Shown piece after piece: positions 35,593-45,566 of a stretch of DNA of 46,620 nt; within the stretch, counting starts at the first letter, position 1; each line of letters starts with the position of its first letter. The position numbers were made by a program, and so were the translations under genes. The DNA lies in the sequence record SRR20825019_215; one strand, 5' to 3'. A model generated the notes under the pieces. It was not told the DNA's origin and ran no database searches. It saw nothing but the letters and a program-made list of their open reading frames with translations.

Positions 35593-36807
35593 TCAGTTTT
35601 TGGTTACGAGCTTGCACTTGCTCTCAGACAGCGGGCGATAGGCCTCGTCCCCTGGGATGGTGCGTACGATGTCGTACAGGTCCCACTCGCTCTTGGACTC
35701 CTCGGGCGTTTTCACTTCCGCCAGGTACATGTCATGAACCATACGGCCGTCCTCACGAATGATGCCGTTCTTGGCAAACATGTCGTTGATCGGCGTATCC
35801 ATCATCTGCTTGCGTACCGTTTGGGCGGCATCCGAACCGGTGGCCTTCACGGCGTTCAGGTATTGCATGGTGCTGGAGTAGATACCGGCGTGAACCATGG
35901 TGGGACGAACGCCGGTTTTTTCCATGAAACGGTCAGACCAGGCACGGGTTTCGTCGTTCATGTCCCAGTACCAGCCGGTGGTGAGCTGGATACCCTGGGC
36001 AGACTGAGCACCCAGTGCGTGAACGTCGGTCAGGAACAACAACAGCGCCGCCAGGGTCTGGCCGGACTGGGTCAGGCCGAATTCACCGGCGGTAGTGATG
36101 GCATTGGTGGTGTCTGCACCGGCGTTTGCCAGGGCCACCACGTCAGCGCCTGAGGACTGCGCCTGCAGGATAAAGGACGAGAAGTCAGAGGTCGGGAAGG
36201 GATGACGCACTGCCTGCATCACTTCGCCGCCATTCTCTTCCACCACACGGGTTACGTCGCCTTCCAGGGCGTGACCGAAGGCATAGTCAGCGGTCAGGAT
36301 AAACCAGCTCTTGCCACCTTCTTTAACCACCGCGCTTGCCGTACCGTTGGCCAGCGGATAGGTGTCATACACGTAGTGGATGTGGTTCGGCGTGCAGTGC
36401 TCGTTGGTAATACTGGACGCGGCAGAACCGGAGACGATACCGAGTTTGTCGTTTTCTTCCAGGATGTTGCTGACGGCAATGGTGACCGAGGAAGCAACCA
36501 GGCCGGCGATCAAATCAACGTTCTCGTTCTCCACCCAGCGCCGGGCAGTACTGGAGGCGGAATCCGGGCTGTTACGATCATCCGCGCTGACCACTTCGAT
36601 CTTGGCGCCATTGACCGTGCCACCGAAGTCCGCGATGGCCATTTCCAGGGCTGTCTGGCCATTGGGGCCGGCCAGGTCACGATAGGTGCCGGACATGTCG
36701 GCCAGGTAACCGATTTTAACGGTGTTGTCGGATATCTCAGCCTGGGCAGCACCCACAAACATGGCTGATGCAATCGCTGATGTCAGAAGCTTTTTGGTGA
36801 TTGTCAT
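35593..36807 (-). CDS. ABC substrate-binding protein, LivJ/K-like family
   Basis: Signal peptide ending AQA; VKIG...D.SG and TADYAFG motifs. Confidence 0.9.
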   Translation of the reverse strand: MTITKKLLTSAIASAMFVGAAQAEISDNTVKIGYLADMSGTYRDLAGPNGQTALEMAIADFGGTVNGAKIEVVSADDRNSPDSASSTARRWVENENVDLIAGLVASSVTIAVSNILEENDKLGIVSGSAASSITNEHCTPNHIHYVYDTYPLANGTASAVVKEGGKSWFILTADYAFGHALEGDVTRVVEENGGEVMQAVRHPFPTSDFSSFILQAQSSGADVVALANAGADTTNAITTAGEFGLTQSGQTLAALLLFLTDVHALGAQSAQGIQLTTGWYWDMNDETRAWSDRFMEKTGVRPTMVHAGIYSSTMQYLNAVKATGSDAAQTVRKQMMDTPINDMFAKNGIIREDGRMVHDMYLAEVKTPEESKSEWDLYDIVRTIPGDEAYRPLSESKCKLVTKN

Positions 36808-36899
36808 TGTTGTTTCTCCGCTACTGTCTTTGCGTTGGTTTTCGGGTTTCGTTCTTATTGCTCTTGTTGCACTCTTTATTTCACTCTCATCCCCAGGCC

Positions 36900-37622
36900 T
36901 TACACACCCAGGTACTTGTCCAGCATCGACTGCTTGGCCTCAAGCTCGTCGGCGCTGATCTCCTCCACAATCTGGCCGTGTTCCATCACATAGTGACGGT
37001 CCGCCAGGGGTGCGGCGAAATGGAAATTTTGCTCAACCAGGACAATGGTCAGGCCTTTTTCCTTCAGCTTGACCAACACCTCGCCCAGTGTTTCAACGAT
37101 GACCGGAGCCAGGCCTTCGGTGATTTCATCCAGCAACAGCATGTTGGCGCCCGTTCTCAGAATCCGGGCCATGGCCAGCATCTGCTGCTCACCACCCGAT
37201 AGTTTGGTGCCAGGGCTGGTACGGCGCTCGTACAGGTTGGGGAACATGGAGAAAATTTCCTCCAACCCCATGCCACCACTTCGGACGACCGGCGGAAGCG
37301 TCAGGTTTTCCATGACATTGAGTCCGGAAAAAATGCCCCGGTGTTCGGGGCAATACCCTACTCCCAACCTTGCAATGTGGTGAGGCGCACACGTCATGGT
37401 CTCCTCACCGTTAATCATGATCGAGCCGGTGCGGCGGCCCACCATATTCATAATCGCTTTCAGGGTTGTGCTACGCCCGGCCCCGTTGCGGCCCAGAAGG
37501 GTGACCAGTTCCCCGCGCTGAACCTCCAGATCAATGCCATGAAGAATGTGGGACTCGCCATAGAACGCGTGAAGCCCGGAGATTCGTAGCTGTTCGTAGT
37601 CTTTCGAGTGGGCCTGGGTCAT
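36900..37622 (-). CDS. livF: ABC ATP-binding protein
   Basis: GRNGAGRST, LSGGEQQML and LLLDE motifs. Confidence 0.92.
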   Translation of the reverse strand: MTQAHSKDYEQLRISGLHAFYGESHILHGIDLEVQRGELVTLLGRNGAGRSTTLKAIMNMVGRRTGSIMINGEETMTCAPHHIARLGVGYCPEHRGIFSGLNVMENLTLPPVVRSGGMGLEEIFSMFPNLYERRTSPGTKLSGGEQQMLAMARILRTGANMLLLDEITEGLAPVIVETLGEVLVKLKEKGLTIVLVEQNFHFAAPLADRHYVMEHGQIVEEISADELEAKQSMLDKYLGV

Positions 37623-38395
37623 TCTGCCGCCTCCTGCTTCTTGGTGGCCGTGCCACCCATATACACCTCACGCACACGGGGGTCATCGGACACCTGTTGG
37701 TAGTCGCCTTCGGTGAGCACGGCCCCCTGTGCCAGCACGGTGACCCGGTCGCACAGTTTGCTGACCACACCCAGGTTGTGTTCCACCATCAGCACCGTGC
37801 GGCCTTGAGCGGCCTTGCGCACCAGTTCAACGACCCGCTCCACGTCTTCACTGCCCATTCCCTGTGTGGGCTCATCCAGCAACAGCAGCTCCGGCTCCAT
37901 GGCCAGAGTGGTGGCCAGTTCCAGGGCGCGTTTACGACCGTAGGCGAGTTCGACGGTGGTGGTATTGGCGAATTCAGTCAGCCCCACACTGTCCAGCAGT
38001 TCCATGCAACGCTCATTGAGCTTGTTCAGGGACTCGCCGGATTTCCAGAAGCGGAAGGAGTTTCCTTCAAAGCTCTGCAGAGCGACGCGAATGTTCTCAA
38101 GCGCCGTCATATGGGGGAAAACCGCAGAAATCTGAAAGGAACGGACCACCCCTTTGCGGGCAATGGCCGCCGATTTCATTGAAGTGATGTCCTCACCCTT
38201 GAACAGGATTTTGCCTCGGGTAGGAATCAGGAATTTGGTGAGCAGGTTGAATACCGTGGTCTTGCCCGCGCCATTAGGGCCGATCAGGGCATGTATGTGG
38301 CCACGCTGCACCTTCAGGTTAACGTCATCGACCGCCACAAAGCCCTTGAACTCTTTGACGAGGCTTTGGGTCTCCAGAACGAACGGGTCACTCAT
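37619..38395 (-). CDS. livG: ABC ATP-binding protein
   Basis: GPNGAGKT, LAYG.KR.LE, LLLDEPT and VEH motifs. Confidence 0.92.
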   Translation of the reverse strand: MSDPFVLETQSLVKEFKGFVAVDDVNLKVQRGHIHALIGPNGAGKTTVFNLLTKFLIPTRGKILFKGEDITSMKSAAIARKGVVRSFQISAVFPHMTALENIRVALQSFEGNSFRFWKSGESLNKLNERCMELLDSVGLTEFANTTTVELAYGRKRALELATTLAMEPELLLLDEPTQGMGSEDVERVVELVRKAAQGRTVLMVEHNLGVVSKLCDRVTVLAQGAVLTEGDYQQVSDDPRVREVYMGGTATKKQEAAE

Positions 38396-38446
38396 GAGCC
38401 ATTCTACCTTTGTTATTGTTGTGCGTTTATACTGTGTACAGAGTAG

Positions 38447-38470
38447 ATTGACGTCTACGTAAACGTCAAC
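38447..38470. promoter_or_regulatory. LiuR-like operator upstream of the transporter operon
   Basis: TTGACGTCTACGTAAACGTCAA resembles the LiuR box TTTACGTwwACGTAAA. Confidence 0.65.
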
Positions 38471-39275
38471 CGAAAATCGTACTTTTTTGGCCAATCGCCA
38501 TTCGCAAAAAATCACTGACCAACGTCAGCGCCTGGGCAGGCTGCTGCAAGTGGGGCGAATGCCCCGTGCCAGCCATGAACACCGGTTCAGCCCAATGCCC
38601 GATACCCTCCACAATCCGGGTCACCTGCTCTGGAACGCCATATTCATCATCGTCCCCTTGAATGATCATAGCCGGGCAACGAATGGCGTCCAGCCAAGGG
38701 CCAAAGTCCATGGACTCTTGAAATCCCTCATCCAGCCAGACGTCCTGCCAGGCGTAGAACAACGCATCAGTGCGTTCGCCGTGATGGCGCAGTAACTTCT
38801 CGCGAATACCTTCTTCCAGGTAGCGACGGCGCATGTCGCGGATACCAGCCAGGGTGAGGTGATCGGCCCAGGTATGGGCGGCCATGGTGACCAACCCTTT
38901 TACCCGCCCTTCCAACGCTGCTGCGGCAATCAGGGCAATGGAGCCGCCATCGCTGTGGCCCACCAGAATCACCTCATCAATCGCCAGTGCATCCAGCAGC
39001 CGGGGCAACCACACGGTGCCTTCCTGCTCCAGATAATCGTAGGGACGGGGCAACGGCTCGTCACTGGAGGCACCGTAACCACGGCGTTCATAAATCAGCG
39101 CATCGAGGCCCGTGGCCTCCGCCAACTGGCGCGGAAACTGCTTCCACAAGGCAATGTTGCCCAGGGATTCATGCAGGAACACCAACACAGGCCCGGTACG
39201 GTCACCGTGGCTCAGGCGCTGGGCCTGAACCCTGACGCCCTCACCCAGGGAAACCGAAAGATTGCTGACGTTCAT
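38466..39275 (-). CDS. Alpha/beta hydrolase
   Basis: FLHE.LG, GHSDGGS, QG..DEYG and GHSPH motifs. Confidence 0.92.
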   Translation of the reverse strand: MNVSNLSVSLGEGVRVQAQRLSHGDRTGPVLVFLHESLGNIALWKQFPRQLAEATGLDALIYERRGYGASSDEPLPRPYDYLEQEGTVWLPRLLDALAIDEVILVGHSDGGSIALIAAAALEGRVKGLVTMAAHTWADHLTLAGIRDMRRRYLEEGIREKLLRHHGERTDALFYAWQDVWLDEGFQESMDFGPWLDAIRCPAMIIQGDDDEYGVPEQVTRIVEGIGHWAEPVFMAGTGHSPHLQQPAQALTLVSDFLRMAIGQKSTIFG

Positions 39276-39279
39276 GCCG

Positions 39280-39696
39280 TCACCGCTGCGCCGGAATCGC
39301 GTAGGTGATGGTGGCATGGGCAACCGGGTCTTCCAGGCCGTCGGAGAGAATGTAGACCTCACCCACTCCGCTGGTCTTGCCGACTCTCAGCATGCTGGCC
39401 CGCGCCCGGATCGGGCTGTGGGCCACGGGCTTGCGCAGGAAGTTGATGTTGAGGTTACTGGTCACCGCCAGCGGCACCAGGCCGATTTTTCCCAGCAGTG
39501 CGGCATACAGGGCCACGTCCGCCAACGCCATCATGGCGGGGCCGGACACCGTGCCGCCGGGGCGCAGATGCTCTTCAGCAACCTCCAGCTTCATTTCGGC
39601 CCAACCGTCGCCCAGTTCCTGCAGGGTGCCGTAGCGGGCACCCTGGGGAAACTGTTCGGCGAGGAAGGCCTGCAACTCCTCGAAGGTGACAATCAT
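39280..39696 (-). CDS. PaaI family (hotdog fold) thioesterase
   Basis: LRPGGTVSGP.MM.LAD and INFLRKP motifs. Confidence 0.92.
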   Translation of the reverse strand: MIVTFEELQAFLAEQFPQGARYGTLQELGDGWAEMKLEVAEEHLRPGGTVSGPAMMALADVALYAALLGKIGLVPLAVTSNLNINFLRKPVAHSPIRARASMLRVGKTSGVGEVYILSDGLEDPVAHATITYAIPAQR

Positions 39697-41342
39697 CCCT
39701 GTTTCTCTTCCTTCGCCTGGTTACGCAGAACAAAGCGCTGGATCTTGCCACTGGGGGTTTTCGGCAGCTCATCCACGAATTCAATTTCACGGGGATAGGC
39801 GTGAGCGGAAAGGCGATGGCGAACCAGCTCCTGCAGCTCGTCCTTCAGGGCCTCTTCGCTTTCAGGCTCCTGGTCACCCTTGATAACCACATAAGCCTTG
39901 ATAATAGAGCCCCGCTTTTCGTCGGGCTTCGCCACCACACCAGACTCGGCCACCGCCTTGTGCTCCAGCAGGGTGCTTTCCACATCGGCCGGGCCCACAC
40001 GGTAACCAGCAGTGGTGATAATGTCATCGTCACGGCCGCTGAATGAGAAGCAGCCACCGCCGTGATTCACCACCATATCGCCGGTGAGGTAGTAGCCATT
40101 CACGAACGGGTCTTTTTCGCCCCAGGTGTAGCCGTCGAAATGGAACAATGGCGAGGCCTTCACATCCACTGCCAACTGGCCGATCTCACCTTCGCCCACA
40201 ACTTCATTCTTTTCATTAAGGGCAACGACTTTGTGGCCAGGAGAGGAATAGCCCATGGAGCCCTGGCGTACCGGGTGATCAAGGCCATGGAAGTTACAGC
40301 AGGTCATACCCGTTTCGGTCTGGCCATAGTGGTCCTTGACCGGGCAGAAATGACGCCGCTCAATCCAGTTCACCACTTCCGGGTTCAGCGGCTCGCCGGC
40401 ACTGCTCGCCACCCGCAGACCAAGGTTCTCACCTTCCGGAAGAACGTGGTCATTGGCTTTCAGCAACCGATAGGCAGTCGGGGCCGCCGCCAGGTTGGTG
40501 ATCTTGTACTTGCGGATCATGTCGTAGGTGGTTTCCGGGGTAAACGCGCCCGGGTTGAAATGGGTGGCATGCCCCATCAGCAACGGGCCCACCACGGCGT
40601 AGTAAAGACCGTAGGCCCAGCCCGGATCAGCCACGTTCCAGAACACATCATCGTCCCGCAGGTCGATGGCATATTTCATGTACACGTAAAACGCCAGCAA
40701 CGCCTTGGCAGGAACCGCAACACCCTTGGACTTACCAACCGTACCCGAGGTAAACATCTGCAGGAACGGATCACCACCCTTGATCAGTACCGGTTCAAAC
40801 TGGCCAGACTGCTCTGCCAGTGTCTTTTCAAAGTCCGGGATATCGCCACTGACTTCGGCCGCGCTCACGCACACCACAGGTGCGCAGTCCTTAACCTCGG
40901 TAAGTTTCGGGTAGTTGACGGGGTCAGTGACCACCAGCTTGGTGCTGGCGCGCTCGAAACGATACTCGATGGCACCAGGGCCAAAGGCGGTGAACAGCGG
41001 CTGGTAAACGGCACCGGCGCGCAGGGCACCGGCAATCACAATCAACAGTTCCGGGCTGCGGGGCAGCAGGGCGGCCACTCGGTCGCCCTTGCCGATCCCG
41101 CGGGAGGCTAGGTAGTTCGCAAAACGGGCGGACTTCTCTTTCAGCTCGGCAAAGGTCAGTTTGCCGGAACCGCCGTCGGCTTTCTCGTAATACAACGCGA
41201 CCCGCTGGGGGTCGTCGGCCCACTTGTCGCAGATTTCCGTACAGACGTTCAGGCCGTCACTCAGGCTGCCCTCCAGGATCTCGGCTTCGAGGCTGGCGGG
41301 ATCGAAATTGTCATAGACCGATTGGTACTCCGGGAGGCTCAT
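39693..41342 (-). CDS. Short/branched-chain acyl-CoA synthetase (AMP-binding)
   Basis: FTSGTVGKSKG, YGQTE, YLTGD, GRDDD and LPKTPSGKIQR motifs. Confidence 0.93.
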   Translation of the reverse strand: MSLPEYQSVYDNFDPASLEAEILEGSLSDGLNVCTEICDKWADDPQRVALYYEKADGGSGKLTFAELKEKSARFANYLASRGIGKGDRVAALLPRSPELLIVIAGALRAGAVYQPLFTAFGPGAIEYRFERASTKLVVTDPVNYPKLTEVKDCAPVVCVSAAEVSGDIPDFEKTLAEQSGQFEPVLIKGGDPFLQMFTSGTVGKSKGVAVPAKALLAFYVYMKYAIDLRDDDVFWNVADPGWAYGLYYAVVGPLLMGHATHFNPGAFTPETTYDMIRKYKITNLAAAPTAYRLLKANDHVLPEGENLGLRVASSAGEPLNPEVVNWIERRHFCPVKDHYGQTETGMTCCNFHGLDHPVRQGSMGYSSPGHKVVALNEKNEVVGEGEIGQLAVDVKASPLFHFDGYTWGEKDPFVNGYYLTGDMVVNHGGGCFSFSGRDDDIITTAGYRVGPADVESTLLEHKAVAESGVVAKPDEKRGSIIKAYVVIKGDQEPESEEALKDELQELVRHRLSAHAYPREIEFVDELPKTPSGKIQRFVLRNQAKEEKQG

Positions 41343-41400
41343 AATCCAGTCCTTTTGTTGTTGTAGCGAATTCTGATCTCAATGTGTAGCACAGGCTATA

Positions 41401-41418
41401 GTTTACGTAAAGGTAAAC
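41401..41418. promoter_or_regulatory. LiuR-like operator
   Basis: GTTTACGTAAAGGTAAAC, one mismatch to the palindromic LiuR consensus, about 60 bp upstream of the CoA ligase gene. Confidence 0.7.
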
Positions 41419-41501
41419 TTTAAGCTAAAAATAAACGCCTCCAAAACTCAAAGATATGAGCGTAAAGCCCCAGCCCTGACCGTTCTGGAGGCGCTGCCTG
41501 C

Positions 41502-42395
41502 TCAGCTCTGCTCGCGGTAATAGAACTTCTGGATACTGGAGAAATCCAGCCCGCCGTTACCCTCGTTGGCATGGAGTGCAAACAGGTTCCGGGCCAGTGA
41601 CCCCATGGGAATGGGGGCCTGATTCTTGACGGCGTTATCGAAGGCCAGGCCCAGGTCCTTGTTCATCAGGTTTACCAGAAAGCCACCTTCGTAGTTGCGG
41701 GACGCCGGCACACCTTCCATCACACCCGGCCAGGGGTTGTAGACATTCAGCGCCCAGTTGCCGCCAGAACTCTGCTTCATGATTTCCGACAGTACCGCAG
41801 GGTCCAGGCCGTTCTTCACACCCAGGGCCAGGGCTTCGCTGGTGCCGCTCATGAGAATGGCCAGCAGCATGTTGTTGCAGATCTTGGCAATCTGCCCGGC
41901 ACCGTGAGGGCCAGCGTGGAAGATGTTCTTGCCCATACCTTCAAGAATGGGTTTGGCGCGCTCGAACGCGTCCGCCTCACCACCACAGATAAAGGTCAGC
42001 GTGCCCGCCTTGGCGCCACCAACACCGCCGGAGACCGGCGCATCCATAAAGGTGATACCGGCCGCCACAGCTGCTTCGGCCACACCTTTCGCGGTTTCCG
42101 GTGCGATGGTGGAGGAGTCGATCACCAATGTGGTGGACGGCAGGTTTTTCAGCAGGCCGTTGTCGCCCAGATAAACCGCTTCCACGTGCTGGCCCGCAGG
42201 CAGCATGGAAATCACCACCTCGGCACCCTCCACTGCTTCCTGAATCGTCGCTGCAGATTTCGCACCTTCGCTGGTGAGCGCCTTGACCGCCTCGGAAGAC
42301 AGATCAAACACCGTCAGGTCGTGTCCCGCCTTAACGAGGTTGGCGGCCATAGGGCCACCCATGTTGCCAAGACCGATAAATGTGATAGTCGCCAT
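41502..42395 (-). CDS. mmsB: 3-hydroxyisobutyrate dehydrogenase
   Basis: FIGLGNMGGPMA, DAPVSGG, KICNNM and YNPWPG motifs. Confidence 0.94.
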   Translation of the reverse strand: MATITFIGLGNMGGPMAANLVKAGHDLTVFDLSSEAVKALTSEGAKSAATIQEAVEGAEVVISMLPAGQHVEAVYLGDNGLLKNLPSTTLVIDSSTIAPETAKGVAEAAVAAGITFMDAPVSGGVGGAKAGTLTFICGGEADAFERAKPILEGMGKNIFHAGPHGAGQIAKICNNMLLAILMSGTSEALALGVKNGLDPAVLSEIMKQSSGGNWALNVYNPWPGVMEGVPASRNYEGGFLVNLMNKDLGLAFDNAVKNQAPIPMGSLARNLFALHANEGNGGLDFSSIQKFYYREQS

Positions 42396-42441
42396 ATTGT
42401 TGTTCTCCATTTTTGATCAGTGTTGGTCTGTTCGGTTTTGT

Positions 42442-43536
42442 TCAGGGCTCGATAAAGAATCGGTCGATCCATTCCGGGTCCACGCTCTTCAGTGTCGGGA
42501 AATGCCAGCGTGGCTTCAGGTCCTTGTCGATCAACAGTGCCCGGACGCCCTCGGCAAACTCACCCATCTTCAGGCAGCGTTTCGATATTTGAAGCTCCTT
42601 GTCGAAAACCTGGGACAGGCTGTCGTGCAAGGTGTCGTGATAGTGTTGCCAGGTCAGAGTCAGGGACGCCGGCGACGCCGCCGCGACCGTCTTGACCGCC
42701 TTGATCAGCCAGGGATCTTCGCCGGCGTACTGGCTCAGGTTATCCACCACATCTACCAGCGAATCGCCGTCGGTAAGGGCCTGGATCACATCAAAGTGCT
42801 CGCGCACCACGGCCTGCGGCATTGCCTCGCGGGAGCCCTCCTCGAATCTGCGCAACACTTTGCTGACAGCGGCATGGGCGCCACCCTCAAGGCCGGCAAA
42901 GCCCGACTGCTGCAAGGCCTGCTTGACCTCCTCGCGCATGTCGTGGCGAATAAACCGATCGGCCAACCCGGTAAACAGCGCATCAGCGCCGTTCATCCGC
43001 GCCCCGGTCAGCCCCAGGAACAAACCGATCCGGCCCGGCATTTTGTTGAGGAACCAGCCAGCGCCGACATCCGGGTACAGGCCGATACTCACTTCCGGCA
43101 TCGCCACACGTGAATGCTCCGTCACCACGCGATGGGAGCCGCCAGACATCAGGCCGATGCCGCCGCCCATCACCACGCCATTGCCCCAGACAATAAAAGG
43201 CTTGGGATAGGTGTGAATCTGGTAGTCCAGTTCGTATTCGTCGGTGAAGAATCTATCCCCTTCACTGACGGCACGACTGTCAGAGCGCGGCTCTGTCATG
43301 TCGCGATACAGAGCCACAATGTCCCCGCCGGCGCACAGGGCCTTGTCGCCCTCGCCTTCCAGCCACACGGCGCCGATGGTGTCGTCCGCGGCCCACTGGT
43401 CCAGCTTTGCCTTCAACAGGTGGATCATCTCCAGCGACAATGCGTTCATGGCGCGCGGAGCGTTCAGCCGTGCCACACCAATGCGGCTACCGCCAGCGGC
43501 TTCCAGTTCCTCAAAAATGACTACTTGATCGCTCAT
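42442..43536 (-). CDS. 3-hydroxyisobutyryl-CoA hydrolase-like crotonase
   Basis: CAGGDI, MGGG.GL, MPE..IGLYPDVG and EGVRALLIDKD motifs. Confidence 0.9.
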   Translation of the reverse strand: MSDQVVIFEELEAAGGSRIGVARLNAPRAMNALSLEMIHLLKAKLDQWAADDTIGAVWLEGEGDKALCAGGDIVALYRDMTEPRSDSRAVSEGDRFFTDEYELDYQIHTYPKPFIVWGNGVVMGGGIGLMSGGSHRVVTEHSRVAMPEVSIGLYPDVGAGWFLNKMPGRIGLFLGLTGARMNGADALFTGLADRFIRHDMREEVKQALQQSGFAGLEGGAHAAVSKVLRRFEEGSREAMPQAVVREHFDVIQALTDGDSLVDVVDNLSQYAGEDPWLIKAVKTVAAASPASLTLTWQHYHDTLHDSLSQVFDKELQISKRCLKMGEFAEGVRALLIDKDLKPRWHFPTLKSVDPEWIDRFFIEP

Positions 43537-43575
43537 ACCATTCACTCAGTAATCCGGCCCGATTTATCGATGCTT

Positions 43576-44355
43576 TTAACGGTTTTTCCATTCCGGCGTG
43601 CGCTTTTCAAGGAACGCATTCACGCCTTCGCGCTGGTCTTCGGTGCTGAACAGTTCGATAAACAGTTCCCGCTCCATTCTCCAGCCATCGTCGTGGCTGC
43701 GACCGTCACGGGCGCTCATCACCAGGGTCTTGCAGCGGGCAACAGACGACGGGCTCTGCTTGCCGGCCATCTCCGCCAGCTCCAGCGCCTTGTCGAGGGC
43801 TGCGCCCTGAGGCACCACTTCTTCCACCAGCCCGATGCTCAGGGCCTTGTCGGCCTTGATACGCTCACCACACAGAATCATGCGCTTGGCCCAGCCTTCG
43901 CCGACCAGCCATGGCAGGTTCTGGGTGCCACCGGCACAGGGCAACAGGCCAACGGTGGCCTCTGGCAATGCCATCTGGGCATGCTCCTCGGCAATGCGGA
44001 TGTCACAGGCCAGGGCACACTCCAGGCCACCACCCATGGCGTAGCCGTTCACGGCGGCGATGGACACGCCGCGGAAGCGAACCAGAGCATCGAATGCCTG
44101 ACCAAACGCCTGCGCCATGACACTGGCGTTACCAATGTCGCCATCGGCGAAGGCCTTGAGGTCGGCACCGGCAGAGAAAAACTTCTCGCCCTGGCCAGTG
44201 ACCACCAGCGCAAAGATATTGCGATCAGCGTTGAGCGCCTCAATCGTCTCTTCCAGCGCCTTCAAAGACGCCTTGGTCCAGGTATTGGCCGGGGGGTTGT
44301 TAATGGTGATGATCGCGGTGTGGCCGCGCTTTTCCAGCTGAATCAGTTCGCTCAT
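43576..44355 (-). CDS. Enoyl-CoA hydratase
   Basis: FSAGADL, NGYAMGGGLE and PEA.VGLLP motifs. Confidence 0.93.
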   Translation of the reverse strand: MSELIQLEKRGHTAIITINNPPANTWTKASLKALEETIEALNADRNIFALVVTGQGEKFFSAGADLKAFADGDIGNASVMAQAFGQAFDALVRFRGVSIAAVNGYAMGGGLECALACDIRIAEEHAQMALPEATVGLLPCAGGTQNLPWLVGEGWAKRMILCGERIKADKALSIGLVEEVVPQGAALDKALELAEMAGKQSPSSVARCKTLVMSARDGRSHDDGWRMERELFIELFSTEDQREGVNAFLEKRTPEWKNR

Positions 44356-44390
44356 GTGAATTCTCGCCTTTTGTTAGTTGGCAGAAGCGT

Positions 44391-45557
44391 TTATTGGATA
44401 GCTTCAGCGACACCAGGCTCCAGTAGCCGGCGGGCTACGATCAGCCGCATGATTTCGTTGGTGCCTTCCAGAATCTGATGCACCCGCAGGTCGCGTACGT
44501 AGCGCTCCAGCGGATACTCGCGGATATAGCCGTAACCACCGTGGAGCTGAAGTGCTTCGTTGCACACCTCGAAACACGCATCGGTGGCGAAGCGTTTGGC
44601 CATGGCGCAATGCAGCGTGGCTTCGGTATCGCCCTGATCCAACCGATAGGCTGCCAGGCGAACCATCTGCCGTGCGGCTACCAGGTTGGTTGCCATGTCC
44701 GCCAGCTTGAACTGCAATGCCTGGAAGCCCGCCAGGGCCTGGCCGAACTGCTCGCGTTCGTGCATGTAATTGCGCGCGCGCAGCAGCGCCGCCTGGGCAC
44801 CACCTATGGAGCAGGTGGCAATGTTAAGGCGCCCACCGTCCAGGCCTTTCATGGCGATCATGAAGCCCTGACCTTCTTCGCCCAGCCGGTTATTCGCCGG
44901 CACGCGCACGTTCTCGAAGGTAATCTGGCGGGTGGGCTGGCTGTTCCAACCCATTTTTTCCTCGGCCTTGCCGTAGTGGATACCGTCGCTGTCAGCGGGC
45001 ACCACAAAGGCACTGATCCCTTTTGGGCCACTGCCGGGTTCGCCGGTACGAGCCATCACCACCAGCATCTGGGTGGCGCCGGCGCCGGAAATAAACACCT
45101 TGCTGCCATTCAGTACATAGCTGTCGCCGTCCCGTGTGGCCTTGGTGCGCAGGTTACCGGCGTCAGAGCCGGCACCCGGTTCCGTCAGGCAGTAGGAACC
45201 CAACCATTCACCACTGGCCATTTTCGGGGCGATCTGTTTCTGGATATCGGCATTGCCAAACTGCGCCACCATCCAGGTCGCCATGTTGTGGATGGTGATG
45301 TAGGCGGCCGTGGAAGGACAGGCAGCCGCCAGTTCTTCCACGATCACGCTGGTATCCAGCCGCGACAGCCCCATGCCGCCCTGGGCTTCCGGCGTGTAAA
45401 TACCGCAAAAGCCCATCTCACCGGCCTCGCGAATCACTTCCACCGGGAACACATGCTCGGCATCCCATTTGGCAGCGTGAGGCGCCATGGCCTTTTCCGC
45501 GAAGGCCCTGGCGGCCTCGCGGAAGGCCAGCTGATCTTCAGTCAGATCAAAGTTCAT
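44391..45557 (-). CDS. Acyl-CoA dehydrogenase (isobutyryl-CoA type)
   Basis: YCLTEPGAGSDA, GSK.FISG, QLHGGYGY and HQILEGTNEIMR motifs. Confidence 0.93.
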   Translation of the reverse strand: MNFDLTEDQLAFREAARAFAEKAMAPHAAKWDAEHVFPVEVIREAGEMGFCGIYTPEAQGGMGLSRLDTSVIVEELAAACPSTAAYITIHNMATWMVAQFGNADIQKQIAPKMASGEWLGSYCLTEPGAGSDAGNLRTKATRDGDSYVLNGSKVFISGAGATQMLVVMARTGEPGSGPKGISAFVVPADSDGIHYGKAEEKMGWNSQPTRQITFENVRVPANNRLGEEGQGFMIAMKGLDGGRLNIATCSIGGAQAALLRARNYMHEREQFGQALAGFQALQFKLADMATNLVAARQMVRLAAYRLDQGDTEATLHCAMAKRFATDACFEVCNEALQLHGGYGYIREYPLERYVRDLRVHQILEGTNEIMRLIVARRLLEPGVAEAIQ

Positions 45558-45566
45558 GGGCTCCCC

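Noticed and set aside
41436-41493. Imperfect inverted repeat CGCCTCCAAAAC/GTTCTGGAGGCG as an sRNA or MITE
   Set aside because: Single copy downstream of mmsB; most simply a terminator or mRNA-stabilising hairpin.
42274-44478. 279-aa and 454-aa plus-strand ORFs
   Set aside because: Antisense shadows of the crotonase genes, expected from codon bias.
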